Source: Phoronis australis (Eukaryota; Animalia; Phoronida). Taken from it: a DNA stretch of 64,000 nucleotides. This document shows, piece after piece, positions 38,260 through 50,310 of the stretch. Within the stretch, counting starts at the first letter, position 1; each line of letters opens with the position of its first letter. Both the position numbers and the translations under genes were made by a program. The stretch spans positions 941,942 to 1,005,941 of the forward strand of contig NMRA01000019.1 of assembly GCA_002633005.1 (NCBI GenBank). Reading direction: 5' to 3'. Below the pieces are notes generated by a model. The model saw only the letters and a program-made list of their open reading frames with translations, did not search any database and was not told the DNA's origin.

Positions 38260-38550
38260 AAATGCAGTTGTATTCATTGACAACTTGTCAATGTGAAAAC
38301 AAATCTGCAAATAAGTGATCTTTGCACTAATGACGTACCTTGGGAGTTCACATAGCCGGCAGCATGCAGTGCTATTCCCCAGCACAACGTCACGATGCTT
38401 ACTGAACACGGTTGAGTACTGAGTTGCGGCACAAAATTCGTTCATAAAAACATTTGTTAATTTTCAACGTACTTCACATTCAAATCGTTGCTATATATGT
38501 TGTGTTTCTAAGTAATTTGAGCGAGCAGAGATAAGAAATTAGCATGCAAG
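38260..38550 (-). repeat. Repeat family B, copy 3
   Basis: Visual alignment to 22780-23060 and, inverted, to 20350-20550. Confidence 0.75.
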
Positions 38551-40065
38551 TTACACTTTGCTGGTATTGCCTCCATATAATTCTCTGAAAACTTCGACGT
38601 TATGGTGTTCCTATTGGGCTGGATAATGCTATCTCCAGATTTATGCATAGTTCCCAGAAATCCAGGCACCATTGTTTACAAAACGAAAAAAAATTTGGAA
38701 ACCAGAATTATACACACTTGTTGTTGAACTGATTCGTTTGGCGTGGAATTCACTTAAGTGTCCTCGCCTTCTGCTTTCATCATCATACGTGAACCAACTA
38801 GTAAACATTGACTACGGTTTTCAAAAATCATAGGTCATTGCCAGTAGGAAATATAGGTTTTTATCTTGTTTCTTCCGAGGCAACCAAAATCTGTAATTGT
38901 TAGTGTTAACTTGTTGCGCTGCGTTAATCCCTGCAGAAATTTAATGAACGGAAAACATGTTATTTGTAATGGGGTATTGAGTCGCAGATGTCACCTCATT
39001 GCTATCCAGGGCACTAACATAGCCAGCGCACAGAGTTGTTCTTTCAAGGACGGTTTCCCTATAACGGACACTTTCCCCATTTTCACGTCCTTCTCTAGGG
39101 TCACTCCAAGGAATCTGGTGTAAAATCTCTGCGCACAAATCGTTTTAAACACTGAATCAACGTTATAGTCACCCACTGCCTGCTGGCTTCGTTAAACCTG
39201 TACGACATCTGTTGGTGGTATTCATCGTCGCGAATGAGTCGAAAGGTGGGAAATCGTTAACACGTAGACTCTATTCACATTAAAATCCAAAGCGAGGCTC
39301 ACTGCGATAAACAAAGCGGAAATTTACATTGCGTGAGTTAAATGGCCGGTCTTTGGAGTCCAACCTGAATATTAAATCTTAAAAAATGTGTCAATAATTA
39401 ACCACAGAGACGTAGAAAAATACGGTTAAAGAACAAGTCAATGCACCAAAGAGTTGTCTGACGAAAGGATATAGGTTTTTCCGAAAAACTAGGTTCGAAA
39501 CATGAAAAGTAAACATGACCAAATTGCGGCAGTCGTATTGTTAGGTGATTAGGTATCATGCTGAATGCAGGGTTACGTTTCTTCTAATAAATTCTTGATA
39601 AAAATGCTTTCTACACGAACCAGGTCATCTGGTCGTATTGTTGACAAGTTGAAGATATATTCGACAGTGGTGGCTCATAGCATTTTGCTGTCATGTGCAA
39701 TTAGTCTCATCTGGTTTAATTTGTTGATCAAGAGTAGGCCTTTTAGGTTCAAGCACCGCCTAGGTCCTGGTGAGGTAGGCACTACCGGGACTAACAGTTG
39801 ATTTGTCATTGATCTGAGATAATACTTGATGTTATTAAATATATGTTTTGATTACGATAAAAAAACTAGGCTCGCAATTGAAAATAAAAATTATATGACC
39901 ATCAATTCTGCTTTCTTGGTTTTAATGTACGTCTCAGTATTTCATGTGTTATATTTTTTAAATATCCATCTCGACCAAGCTGAATTTTAAAATTAAAACA
40001 CTTAATTCTTTCGTCCAAAGCATAACCTCGTTTTAGAGCTCAATTTCAGTTAACTGGACAGAACA

Positions 40066-40677
40066 CAGTGGCGGATTTAGAGGAGAGCCAAGGGGCTATG
40101 CCCCAGCCCCCCCCCCCCCNNNNNNNNNNNNNNNNNNNNNNNNNNNNNNNNNNNNNNNNNNNNNNNNNNNNNNNNNNNNNNNNNNNNNNNNNNNNNNNNN
40201 NNNNNNNNNNNNNNNNNNNNNNNNNNNNNNNNNNNNNNNNNNNNNNNNNNNNNNNNNNNNNNNNNNNNNNNNNNNNNNNNNNNNNNNNNNNNNNNNNNNN
40301 NNNNNNNNNNNNNNNNNNNNNNNNNNNNNNNNNNNNNNNNNNNNNNNNNNNNNNNNNNNNNNNNNNNNNNNNNNNNNNNNNNNNNNNNNNNNNNNNNNNN
40401 NNNNNNNNNNNNNNNNNNNNNNNNNNNNNNNNNNNNNNNNNNNNNNNNNNNNNNNNNNNNNNNNNNNNNNNNNNNNNNNNNNNNNNNNNNNNNNNNNNNN
40501 NNNNNNNNNNNNNNNNNNNNNNNNNNNNNNNNNNNNNNNNNNNNNNNNNNNNNNNNNNNNNNNNNNNNNNNNNNNNNNNNNNNNNNNNNNNNNNNNNNNN
40601 NNNNNNNNNNNNNNNNNNNNNNNNNNNNNNNNNNNNNNNNNNNNNNNNNNNNNNCCCCCCCCCTAAATCCGCCTATG
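40066..40677. mobile_element. TIR element spanning the assembly gap
   Basis: Ends cagtggcggatttag / ctaaatccgcctatg, with poly-C tracts bordering the N run. Confidence 0.55.
40120..40654. other. Assembly gap (N run)
   Basis: Run of N; a second gap at 51094-51118 and a single N at 46545. Confidence 1.
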
Positions 40678-41779
40678 ATTTTGTACTTTTTCAAATTGTC
40701 ACCTCTGTGGTCACAGGTGATTTGAACCGTTGGAGAGAAATTTTCAATCAAAGGGGATTTTTAGGCCTCGTGGCCGGGAATTTCGCGTGATTTTTCAATA
40801 TTTTTGAGAGGGGAATAGGGCCGATATTTGGCCCCAAAATTGAAGGATTGAGGGCCCTGTCCTTTTTGTAAAGAAAAATGCATCGCGCTTCAACCCATAG
40901 TCATGAAAACACAGCCAGCCTGGCCGAAGATTCTCCGGTCCTCGTTGCTATGGCGGCATCCAGTCCGAGATGCGACAAATTATGATTCGAAAACAGTAAT
41001 AAAATTTACACGGACATATTTTCCTTCGTCGCGGCGTATGGCAAGGACCCAACGCTTCCGAATCCCAACGTCCTTAGGGATTGTAAAACATAGTGTCCGT
41101 ATTTTTTCTAGCTGATCGAGCAACACGGAGTACAAGTACGCGGATAAGCCGGCCAGCAGAGCTCTCGTAGCGAGCCTCGTTTTGGAACGCGCCTCCTGTC
41201 GGCGTGAATAGGGTGTATGGTCTCAGGTCTGTGACAAGTTAAAAAAATCAAACAAAAAAACGTTGCAGGCGATCCGATGCCTAAATAGCATCGAACCTGT
41301 GCAGGCCACATAGGTCGGGCCCATTGCACAAAACACGTCCCTGATTTAAAACTAAGTTATGAGAATACTCTTACGTAAATATAGTCATTAGCTACATGTA
41401 CTTCCAGAGAAAGGTTGCAGAAGTCCGTAGCCAAGTAGGCCATATTCATTTGTTACGGATGCTGGGTATTTGAACCTAGTTACTGTCCACAGATACCGTC
41501 CACAACCACCACTTTTTTTCCGCTTGTTTGGTCATTTCACTTAACCTTCTACCAAGACGGATCAATGATTCCTCAAAACAAGTCTAGTCATCTGACAAGT
41601 TAAATCTGGATCCACCTAGCTGTCGTTTTCAGCGGGGAGTGTCCGATCCTTTCACGAATGCACTCTTTTGCACCTCGTTCAAATCGTTCTTTTCCTTGAC
41701 ACAGTAAAATTCAATTTTTCCACCCAAAAAGTGATAAATACCTACAGAAATTTTGGGCCTACTGGATGGCGCTGTACAC

Positions 41780-43495
41780 AGGACGTTGATATATGTTGCG
41801 CTAAGGTTATATCCGCCCTCGCCACAGTTCACGAGTGATAGCTCTTTCCTGATGTGGATCGTCTCTCTTATTTTTTTTTCTAAATCATTGGCCTCCCTGT
41901 CGATGATAGCTGTACGGTCTATGATTGAGGATTGATAAAACTCACTTAAAGAGGCTTTTCTATTGCCTCTAGCGAAGGTTTTTAAGAGTCACCGCCTAGT
42001 CAACCTCTTTCTGATGTTCCTTGAGGGGTTATTTAAAATTCCTAGAAGTCTCGCCAATATATGTTTGAGTTGCAGGAGGCGCAAGGTATTTTGACAAGCC
42101 AATAGAGTCTTTAACGTCCCGTTTATCCTTCGGGTATAGCCTACGTACCAGCGCACTACGCAAGGCCGTATGGGGCTTCATCGCCGTTCTGATCCCATAC
42201 CCCTATTTTGACAAAGCCCGCAACGTGAGAAAGCTGCATCTTCCTGACCTGCTGACCAGACACTAATCACTAATGTATTGTTCCCGATTATACGTACAGT
42301 ACGAACGACGCCCAACTTCTTATGCATCGGATGATACAATGGTCCGGTCTCCAATCTTTTTATTCGAAATGGAACTCCAAATTAGGTTTGGCATTTTCTA
42401 CTCTACTTTTGGGCGAACTCAAGATAAGTGTCTATTGTTCTATGCTCGAGTACGCAATAACTTACGTAGATAATTTATTGCCCTTAGTTCACAGTTTGTA
42501 AACCCAATATTAAAGCAATAAATTCGAGTTTGAACTCGAAATTTCGAGTTTTTACTCGAGTTTGTAGCACCAAAATAAGGGTCTTCAAGGGCAAACTTGA
42601 ACTAGAAACTCCTATGCATAAACTATAATGTATTCGAGCTCAGTCTGATAACCAATTATCTTAAGTTCGCAGAAAAGGAGCAGAGAAATTGCCAAAAATA
42701 GTTTCGAGTTCGTTTCGAGTACAAAGATTAAAGACCGTGCCAGAATCGGATGATACAACTCAACTATTGATCGAGTGTCTTTCCCGTACACTTGTATTTT
42801 CAAAGAGTCGTCTTGTTGTTAAGTCAATGTGAGATCTAAAAAAGGAAGGCAGTTGTCCGTTTGTTCCTCATACGAGAATCTTATACTGAGCGGATTGATC
42901 CACACCATGAAGGTGATCAGTTAACTGTTACGTAGTTTTTTACTACTTCAAAAATGTCGTCCACATACCGTTTCCAGGACCTTGGTTTAACATCCACCGG
43001 GGAAGTTTCTGGAGCCTTGTGTTCTCAAATTCTCCATAAACAAATTACACGCAATGAGGCTGACAGGGCTCCCCGTGGCTGCGCCATATTTCTGACGGTA
43101 AACCTTTCCACAGAACTGGAAGGAAGTGGAAGGGAGAACAATTTCCAGCAGTTCAACAATATCTGACACGCTAAGTCTCGTGCGTTTATTTAACGAAGCG
43201 TCCATGGACAGTCTCTCTCTTATGACTGGCAAAGTTAGCGTCCTCAGTGGGAGTTTTGGTGAAAAGCGACACAGAAGAAACCATGACTTCAGCCGAATCC
43301 AATACCAGATCTTTTACCTGACTCGCAAAATTTTTAGCAATCTGCACATGACACTCAGGTAGTCCTACCAGAGGTGAGAGTATAACTGCTAAAGTTCTCG
43401 AGATTTTATAAGTTACGGAGCCACGGTAGTCAACTTGCCGAAGGGGACGCAATGAAATGTCTTTCTTGTGGATCTTAGGCGTGCAGTACAAGTGA
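41780..43495 (-). mobile_element. Degenerate Penelope-like retroelement (RT plus GIY-YIG endonuclease)
   Basis: Frameshifted motifs in order: YCTPKIHK..SLRP, VSLFT, FQFCGKVYRQKYGAATGSPVS, WKRYVDDIF, LPFLD, HP.HKKLGVVRT, KIPCASC..YIGET, IIDRE...KIRE.IHIRK...GGY.LS. Confidence 0.88.
42340..42744. mobile_element. TIR element inserted in the Penelope relic with a 14-bp flanking duplication
   Basis: ATCGGATGATACAA at 42326-42339 and 42745-42758; imperfect TIRs of about 38 bp; internal aactcga/tcgagtt sub-repeats. Confidence 0.7.
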
Positions 43496-46400
43496 TCTAA
43501 ACGAAAAGAGAAGAGAGTCGATCCACATCAGTTTTTCGGGTCAGTAGCTGTTTTGCTCGGTGCTTTTATGTTCTCCTGACACACAATGCCCCTCGTGATT
43601 TCCTGCCTCAGTTTAGGCTATCTTTGTCTTTCATGTCAAATGAGCGTCATTTTGAGTTTACCAGAGGTCCAGAAGTTATTTTTGGCAATCATCTACTAAA
43701 TCATGTAGCAAAATTGTACGTTTGTCAATAAACATGTACTTTGAACGTATTTGATCGTGTTTTTTTCAAAAAAAAGCATCTACCCACCTCTAAAAAGCAA
43801 TTCACTTCATATATTACAAATATTCAACAATGGGGCTTATTCCAGATTTAGACTTCCCAGTGTCGGCCTTATCAGTTTTATGTAGACAAGTCATGAATTC
43901 ATCGCCTTTAAAATCCGAAGTGTGAAGGCGAAACAAGTTGGAGTTGTCGCTCGTTCATGGTACTAATATCGCAACACCTGAGGTCGCACCAAAGCCATGT
44001 CCTCTGCTCATTGTTAAAAAGCTGTCCCCCTGTCAAAATTATTTCAATATTGCCTTCACGTTGACACTGCAATCAATTTCGTTGTGAAAGAAGTTTAGTC
44101 TGTTTTCTGCTTACGTAGTTCACGACATACATAGTCTAGACAACGTCCTGTTTTGAGTATTCACGTACATAGATAGCGTTCTCCTATAGAACTTCTAAAC
44201 ACTGAATATAGGTGGTCGAAAATAGTAAAAATTTATTTTAGGGTCGTTCTGTAGTAGTGCTTATCAAAACCCCAAAAAGAAACCCCAAAACAAACGTACC
44301 CTTCAGTAGCGGGAACGACTTCCCTCCAAAGGGGCGTGTCCCATTGAACACTCAGTTAAAGCGCCTCAGATGTGCGTGTTGTAGTAAAGCATTTTTGCTT
44401 ACAAAGTCACCAAGGTCTCCCGCTGTCCTGAACTCGGGAAAGCAAGCAAGGTATTAAAATATTCTCCGGGTTGGTTATCAGAAATAATTGTCAATAGTTA
44501 GACTTTCTCTTTTTAATGAACTTTTATAAAATTGTTCTTTTAATTCAAAATGGTAGTAACCGAGTTCTTCATAACTTTTACTTAATTGTAGAATTGCCAA
44601 GGGTTGTTAGGCCTACTGATGACCAAAACCCCTGGTGGTATCGGATATTTTTCGGTGAAAGATTCCACCATCAACTAGATAACTCCACTAAGACTATGAG
44701 TTACGACAATTAGTTCTGTTGTGACATGTTTAGCCTTTACAGTGCACAAATAACTAACATTGTAGGAACTTCTGAAAATCAAACGAAGCCTGCGAGGACA
44801 TCAGTTCTATTGACATACAATAGATGTCGCGGTAGACTTGTAGTAAACCAGCAGCACGGCCGTGTTCTTATATTAGTTTCTTGCGAGTTTGGCGAGATCA
44901 TGAAAGTATTATAAGAAAAGCTTATTGCTCTATCCTTTGCTGCTGAACGGGCTTATGGCCTTATCCGGTACGTAAGCGTATCGGCTTCACTAGATGTGAC
45001 CTATAGCTAGATGATATTGACCGCTAGCACCTTAGGTATTTTCGTCGCCTCAAGTAACTTTCAAATTCCAGAATAATTGGCCGAGGTGTTCTGGATGCAA
45101 TTGAGCCTCTTTAAACTAGAGGGTCAGACTTATCTAGTCATTCACAACACTTTGTCATTCTCGTGGTCACGTGACCATGCGTTTCTGGCATCTAAAAAAA
45201 GTCTTTTCAAACTTTGACGGAAATGCTCAAAAACCCGTGTTTGGGATTTTCCAAAGCTAGCGCAAATATACTTGAGGCACAGTGCTGTTAGAAAATTCAA
45301 ACACCAAGGAAATCAATGGGGTTTGTCTAGATATCGTGTTCCGAAGTTTGGAGCAGTGCTCAAACAGCAATTGCTAAAAAACGCAATTTTGTGTCAACAG
45401 CCAACGGAACCCTTACTGTTTAATTTATCTTGATTTATGTTCGAAACCATGTTTTACAGTAGTTACAGTGACTACAATGTATTCAAGTTTCCTTTAGTTT
45501 ACTTTTTTCAAAATAACACAAAATTTAGCAAAGTGGCAAGAGATAATTAACAATGAAACTTTACGCGCGTTGCTTGATGACCTGTTGTGGGATTGCATTT
45601 TTAGATGTCTATGGTTGGTTGTGTTAAAATGTTGGCCCGCAGATTATCTTCGAGTGAGTCACAGGCAACGTCGTGTTTATCACGAAACAAATTATATGAA
45701 ACTACACAGAAATATTCGGCGAGAGTTGTGTGACTAAATACCAGAACTTGGGTAGGCTTTTCAGCAATTCTATTGTTTTGTTTAACACGTGGTGAATTAA
45801 ATTCAGACGGCCCCACATTCGGTGAGCGAAATCAGTGGGTTCGGGAGTGTGGAAGTATCAAAAAGGTTTCTTGAGTACTTTACGTTTACAATGCGTCATC
45901 TCAACAGACCATACATTCAAACTTTCTTGATCACATGAAACAAGATATAACTCACATTGCCATCTGGTGGTAAAATATAAAACTTCTATTAGGTTACAAA
46001 TAGCTGGACCGTTTTCATTGTTTAATGTAAACAAGTGGTAGGTTTATGTTTTCAAGCTGTTTCAACTGAAGCCGCATGAGAAGGGGGGGGGTGATATTTT
46101 GTGATCAAGTAAGATGATAAAGTAGAAATTGCGAGGCAAATAACAAGAAAATAGAGGACAATAGCGCACCTCAATTCTGGATTAGTTTTCCTTGACCTTT
46201 TCCAGAGACATATTTTTGAATGTTGTTTATTATAAAATAGTCAGTACACATACACACCCAGAAAGCGCCAAGAGGCATTGTATGTGGGCTAAATAAATAC
46301 AAAGAGATCTATACACAATTATACACAAATACAAAAATTAATAAACTGATGTTGAGATTACAATGACTCATTATTACGAATATAAATAAATCATTTTCAT

Positions 46401-46607
46401 ACACATTAAGTTATTTTAATTTTATCCACTCACACAAAAAGATTTAATATGGAAAAGAAATGTTGATACTATTTAGAGTAAAACCTTATTTTTATTTAGG
46501 TCGAGTTCTTTACATCCATTTAGAAAAAATTAATTTTGTTATACNGGCCCCCCTAAAATTCTCCCAGAAACCATTTGGCAGTTCGGAGTGGGAATTGCTG
46601 ACTAGCA

Positions 46608-46769
46608 TATGCGCGCACCCAGGGAGGTCGGGGTGGGGGCGAATGCACAGTGCATAGGCCCCGTTAACCGTTTTTGTTTTCGTTTCTGTTTTTGTTTTAG
46701 TAATAAGGTCCACAAACCCAAAAATTCGAGACCCCTGCATCCCTACATTTTAGGCTGGGCGCGCGCATG
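46608..46769. mobile_element. MITE, same family as 15198-15423, inverted
   Basis: Ends tatgcgcgcacccag / ctgggcgcgcgcatg. Confidence 0.65.
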
Positions 46770-49621
46770 TGGCGAAATTCTGGTTATTCTTGTGCCCTGG
46801 CCCCCCCCCCTAACTCAAACTCCCGGATCCGCCCATGGTCTGGAACAGGGACTCTAGTCTCGCAGCTTACACGTGACCTTCATCTTGCACTCTGACTGAT
46901 ATCATCCTTCACAGTGTCACATTGACGCGGCATAACAATGAATAAAAACATTCAGAACTTTGAAACAAAACTGAAGACAGTTGATTTACTGGATAAAGTG
47001 TGGGTTGATCGCAACAGGTAACAGGGCTTCGGTTCGATTTGATTGACAGATTGTACGGGAATAAATCGTGCATATTGGTGACAGCCTTTCCAAGAACAGC
47101 GTTTTTCACTAAAAATAACATTTATTCGTATGAAATTAATTTATTTGAAACCATCACATATTTTGCTGGATGCACAGCCCGTATTTTAAAAAGTGGAATT
47201 TTTATGAAGTTTGGGGTGACTTTAATGCAGCTCTAATGATTTGATCCCACAATGCTTTGCGCATTTTACGTTGATCGTCTTTCTTATTTTACTTAGATAA
47301 GGTTGGATTGCCTTTTCACGCGTGATTTTCAAAATAAAATAAAACGCCACACTATCTTGTAATTTATGACGTCAGAAGCAAGATAAAGCGAACATTTCTG
47401 CCTTTTTTAAAATAACTGTGCTTCATTTCTTCTGCTTCTAGTAAATTGTCTCTTTGCCGAACTATTTCGTCGATTTCCACATGTTGTTTGGCAGTTCTAT
47501 AAGACTCATGAATGAGACGGTCGCGCCATCTGGTGACTGGTGTTCATAAGTAAAACGATCCGTCTTCTTTGTTGGGTGTGGTGTAGGTCTTAGTTATCGA
47601 CTGTCGAGCAAAACAACTTCCTAGCGACCACTTATTTCACCCCTTCACTGTCTGGTGTGACAATCCTGTGTGTATTTCACATAATTGGAAACACTTGACA
47701 AGCCATACCAATCTCCTAGCGCGAAGATGTCGGAATGGTGGGCTATGGTTAATTGAAAGACTCGAAGCAGCGTGAAGCTAATAGGCGAAAATAGTTTCAC
47801 ATTTGTTTAAAGCTGTTGTTTTATTAACCCAACCGTTGCAAATGAAAAACAAGCCGCGCGGCGTTCTTTTATGTGGCAATTAGGAGTCACTGATACTCAT
47901 AACATGTACCAGATACTCGCGTGAAAGTGATAAAGCTAAAATAATAGCCGCTATTTAGTGTTCTAGTCGACACAGACCACGAACAGCACCGGTCGACGTC
48001 CTCTATCCAAAGATGGCGCAAAAGTGCATTGTTGCCTCTCGTTCTTGCGAATATGTTTTTGGAATTCCTCGGCTGGACTCCTTCACCAAAGCCAATTTCG
48101 TTTAATCCTCGAGAAATGTATCAACTTCAGTGATGTTCTCTCAATTAACCGAACAGACAAAAATTCTCTTGAAGGGGCATTACACCAGTCAAAAATCAAG
48201 CTTTGATTAAATCCCCATACCTGAGGGCCCCCATGGAAAGCAGTGTGAACTGATGGGGCTACCCTCATTGTAAATATTACAATAATAAACAAATAAATAA
48301 ATAAACATAAAACTGGTCATGTCTTGTTTGCCGCTCAGTTTAGAAGTGATGTCTAGGCTAAAGGAGATCTGTTAGTGCGTTGTTTCGCCAGAGATTCTGC
48401 CATGAATTTTATCAGTTCTTTCCGAGCCCAGTATCCAGATCTGTTTTGTCTGCGGAACAATTTGAAACCGGTGAGTGGCCTAAACAAAACTGTACAGAAA
48501 CTCGGATGTAGACCCGCTTAACTTCGACACCGCATGAAGTTATCATTGATTTTTTAAATTTGATATTTTGTACTTCGTCTACTACAAATCTACAAAAGCA
48601 AAGTGGGGTCACCGAATTTTTTTTTCGTTAAAGCCGCCTAAACATGTCTCCTCTGGCAAAAATGCGAAATTTACATGAGTTACTCAAATAGCCCCTCTAA
48701 TGAAATTAATACACAATGTCAGTTTAATTATTTACTAATTTTCTTGCGTCGGCGTAAGTAATTAGCGTTCTTTTGTGGATTTTGAGTATCTCATTAGCTT
48801 AGTGCTAGCTTCTATTTAAAAATATTTTTTCTTAGCGTTGTATTTTATCCCCCTCGCATTTTCTGTGAAATAAGACAAAAAGGGCCACCGTCTTAGGTTT
48901 TGAGCTATTTAGTTCAAACAGAGTTAAGAACGCGCAATTTGGTTTTCTCAAAAGAGTGCAAGACCACGACTACTCCGTTTTATTTGATTATTTGGCAAAT
49001 TTATTGTGTTAGGAACTTTGAAATAAGTGTAGTTGATGTGAATGATCTAAAACACAAATTTTATTCTTTGATAAATTAAAATTTGCCGTTTCAATTAAGT
49101 CAAACCCAATGTCTATAATTATTCTTCGTTATTGCATTACATGACGTCATTATGAAATTTGATGTTGTGGGCTATTGTTCACCGCCATAATAACAGGAAC
49201 AGAAGACAAAATCAACATTTTTCAAATTATTTAATCCGTTACTTGAAATCAAAAATAATACTCAAATGTTTTAAAAATTAGACACTGTCGTAAAACAACA
49301 ACTCGTTAACGACAGCAAACTGTGTCGAATCCCTTTAAGCGACAAAAGAAAAGCAAACACAAAGATTACTTTAAATCTTCCATTTAACACAAACCATGTA
49401 ACATATCAGTCGATTAGTAATCCTAGTTTAGACTGTGTAGATGCCATATAGTGGTAAAGTTTCCAATACTCAGCCTTTATAATAAAAATGTTCACTAGCT
49501 GTTTATTTGCGGATTACGTAAAGAATTACAGCAGAAACAGAAAATAAAAACACGGTTACGTCGATATAAATGATTCCGGCAATATTGGTGCAGTCATTTT
49601 GTATGTCATAAAATGATAAAA

Positions 49622-49636
49622 TGTGTGTCTGTTTGC

Positions 49637-49677
<41 letters not shown>

Positions 49678-49700
49678 CGTGCGTGCGCGCATGCGCGCGT
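49622..49700. repeat. (GT)n/(GCGT)n microsatellite
   Basis: Directly visible. Confidence 0.95.
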
Positions 49701-49919
49701 CCACATAATGTGCATTTGTAAAGCCGCTTGGCTTGTCCAACCTTGGTACTGTAGACTTTTCCGTTTGCATGAAAGACCGCCTCTGAAATTTCTTATAACT
49801 GCGCAGTGCTTACAGTCAACGAAATTTTTCATATAAATCGGCTACCGGCTGAAACAACATCTATTTGTTTTATTTTATCTGCGTCCTATTTAAAATCAAC
49901 TGAAATTAGCGTTTCCTGG

Positions 49920-50310
49920 GTCCATATTTGAGGGATTGAGGGCCTTGCACTTTTTGGAAAGAAAAATGCATCATGTTTCAACCCGTAGTCATGAAAACCC
50001 AGCCTGGAAGGCCGAAGATTCACCGGTCGTTGCTATGAGGCTATGCAACCGAGATGCGACAAAATGTGATCAAAATTTTCGAACTATAAACATTTATAAA
50101 TTTTACACGGAAATATTTTCCTTCGTCGCGGCGTATGGCAACGACCCAATGCTTCCGATTCTCAACGTCCTTGGGGATTGTAGAACAGACAGTTGAGTGT
50201 CCGTATTTTTTCTAGCCGTTCGAGCAACGCGGAACAAAACTATGCCGATACGCCATTAACGGAGCTATAGTAGTGAGCCTCGTTTTTGATTGCGCATGAA
50301 TTAAGTCTAT
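49920..50310 (-). repeat. Repeat family A, partial third copy
   Basis: Matches 40830-41200 directly and 17745-18130 inverted. Confidence 0.75.

Larger units (their letters stand above)
39299..41210 (-). mobile_element. Repeat family A, inverted copy
   Basis: Colinear reverse-complement match to 17745-19593; lacks the two MITEs of the first copy and carries its own insertion at 40066-40677. Confidence 0.75.

Noticed and set aside
38900-39270. Possible CR1/L2-type reverse transcriptase remnant (VNDFP, TRFLGVTL on the minus strand)
   Set aside because: Motifs too short and degenerate to support without a profile search
40068-40790. 240-aa and 224-aa ORFs
   Set aside because: Artefacts of reading through the N gap
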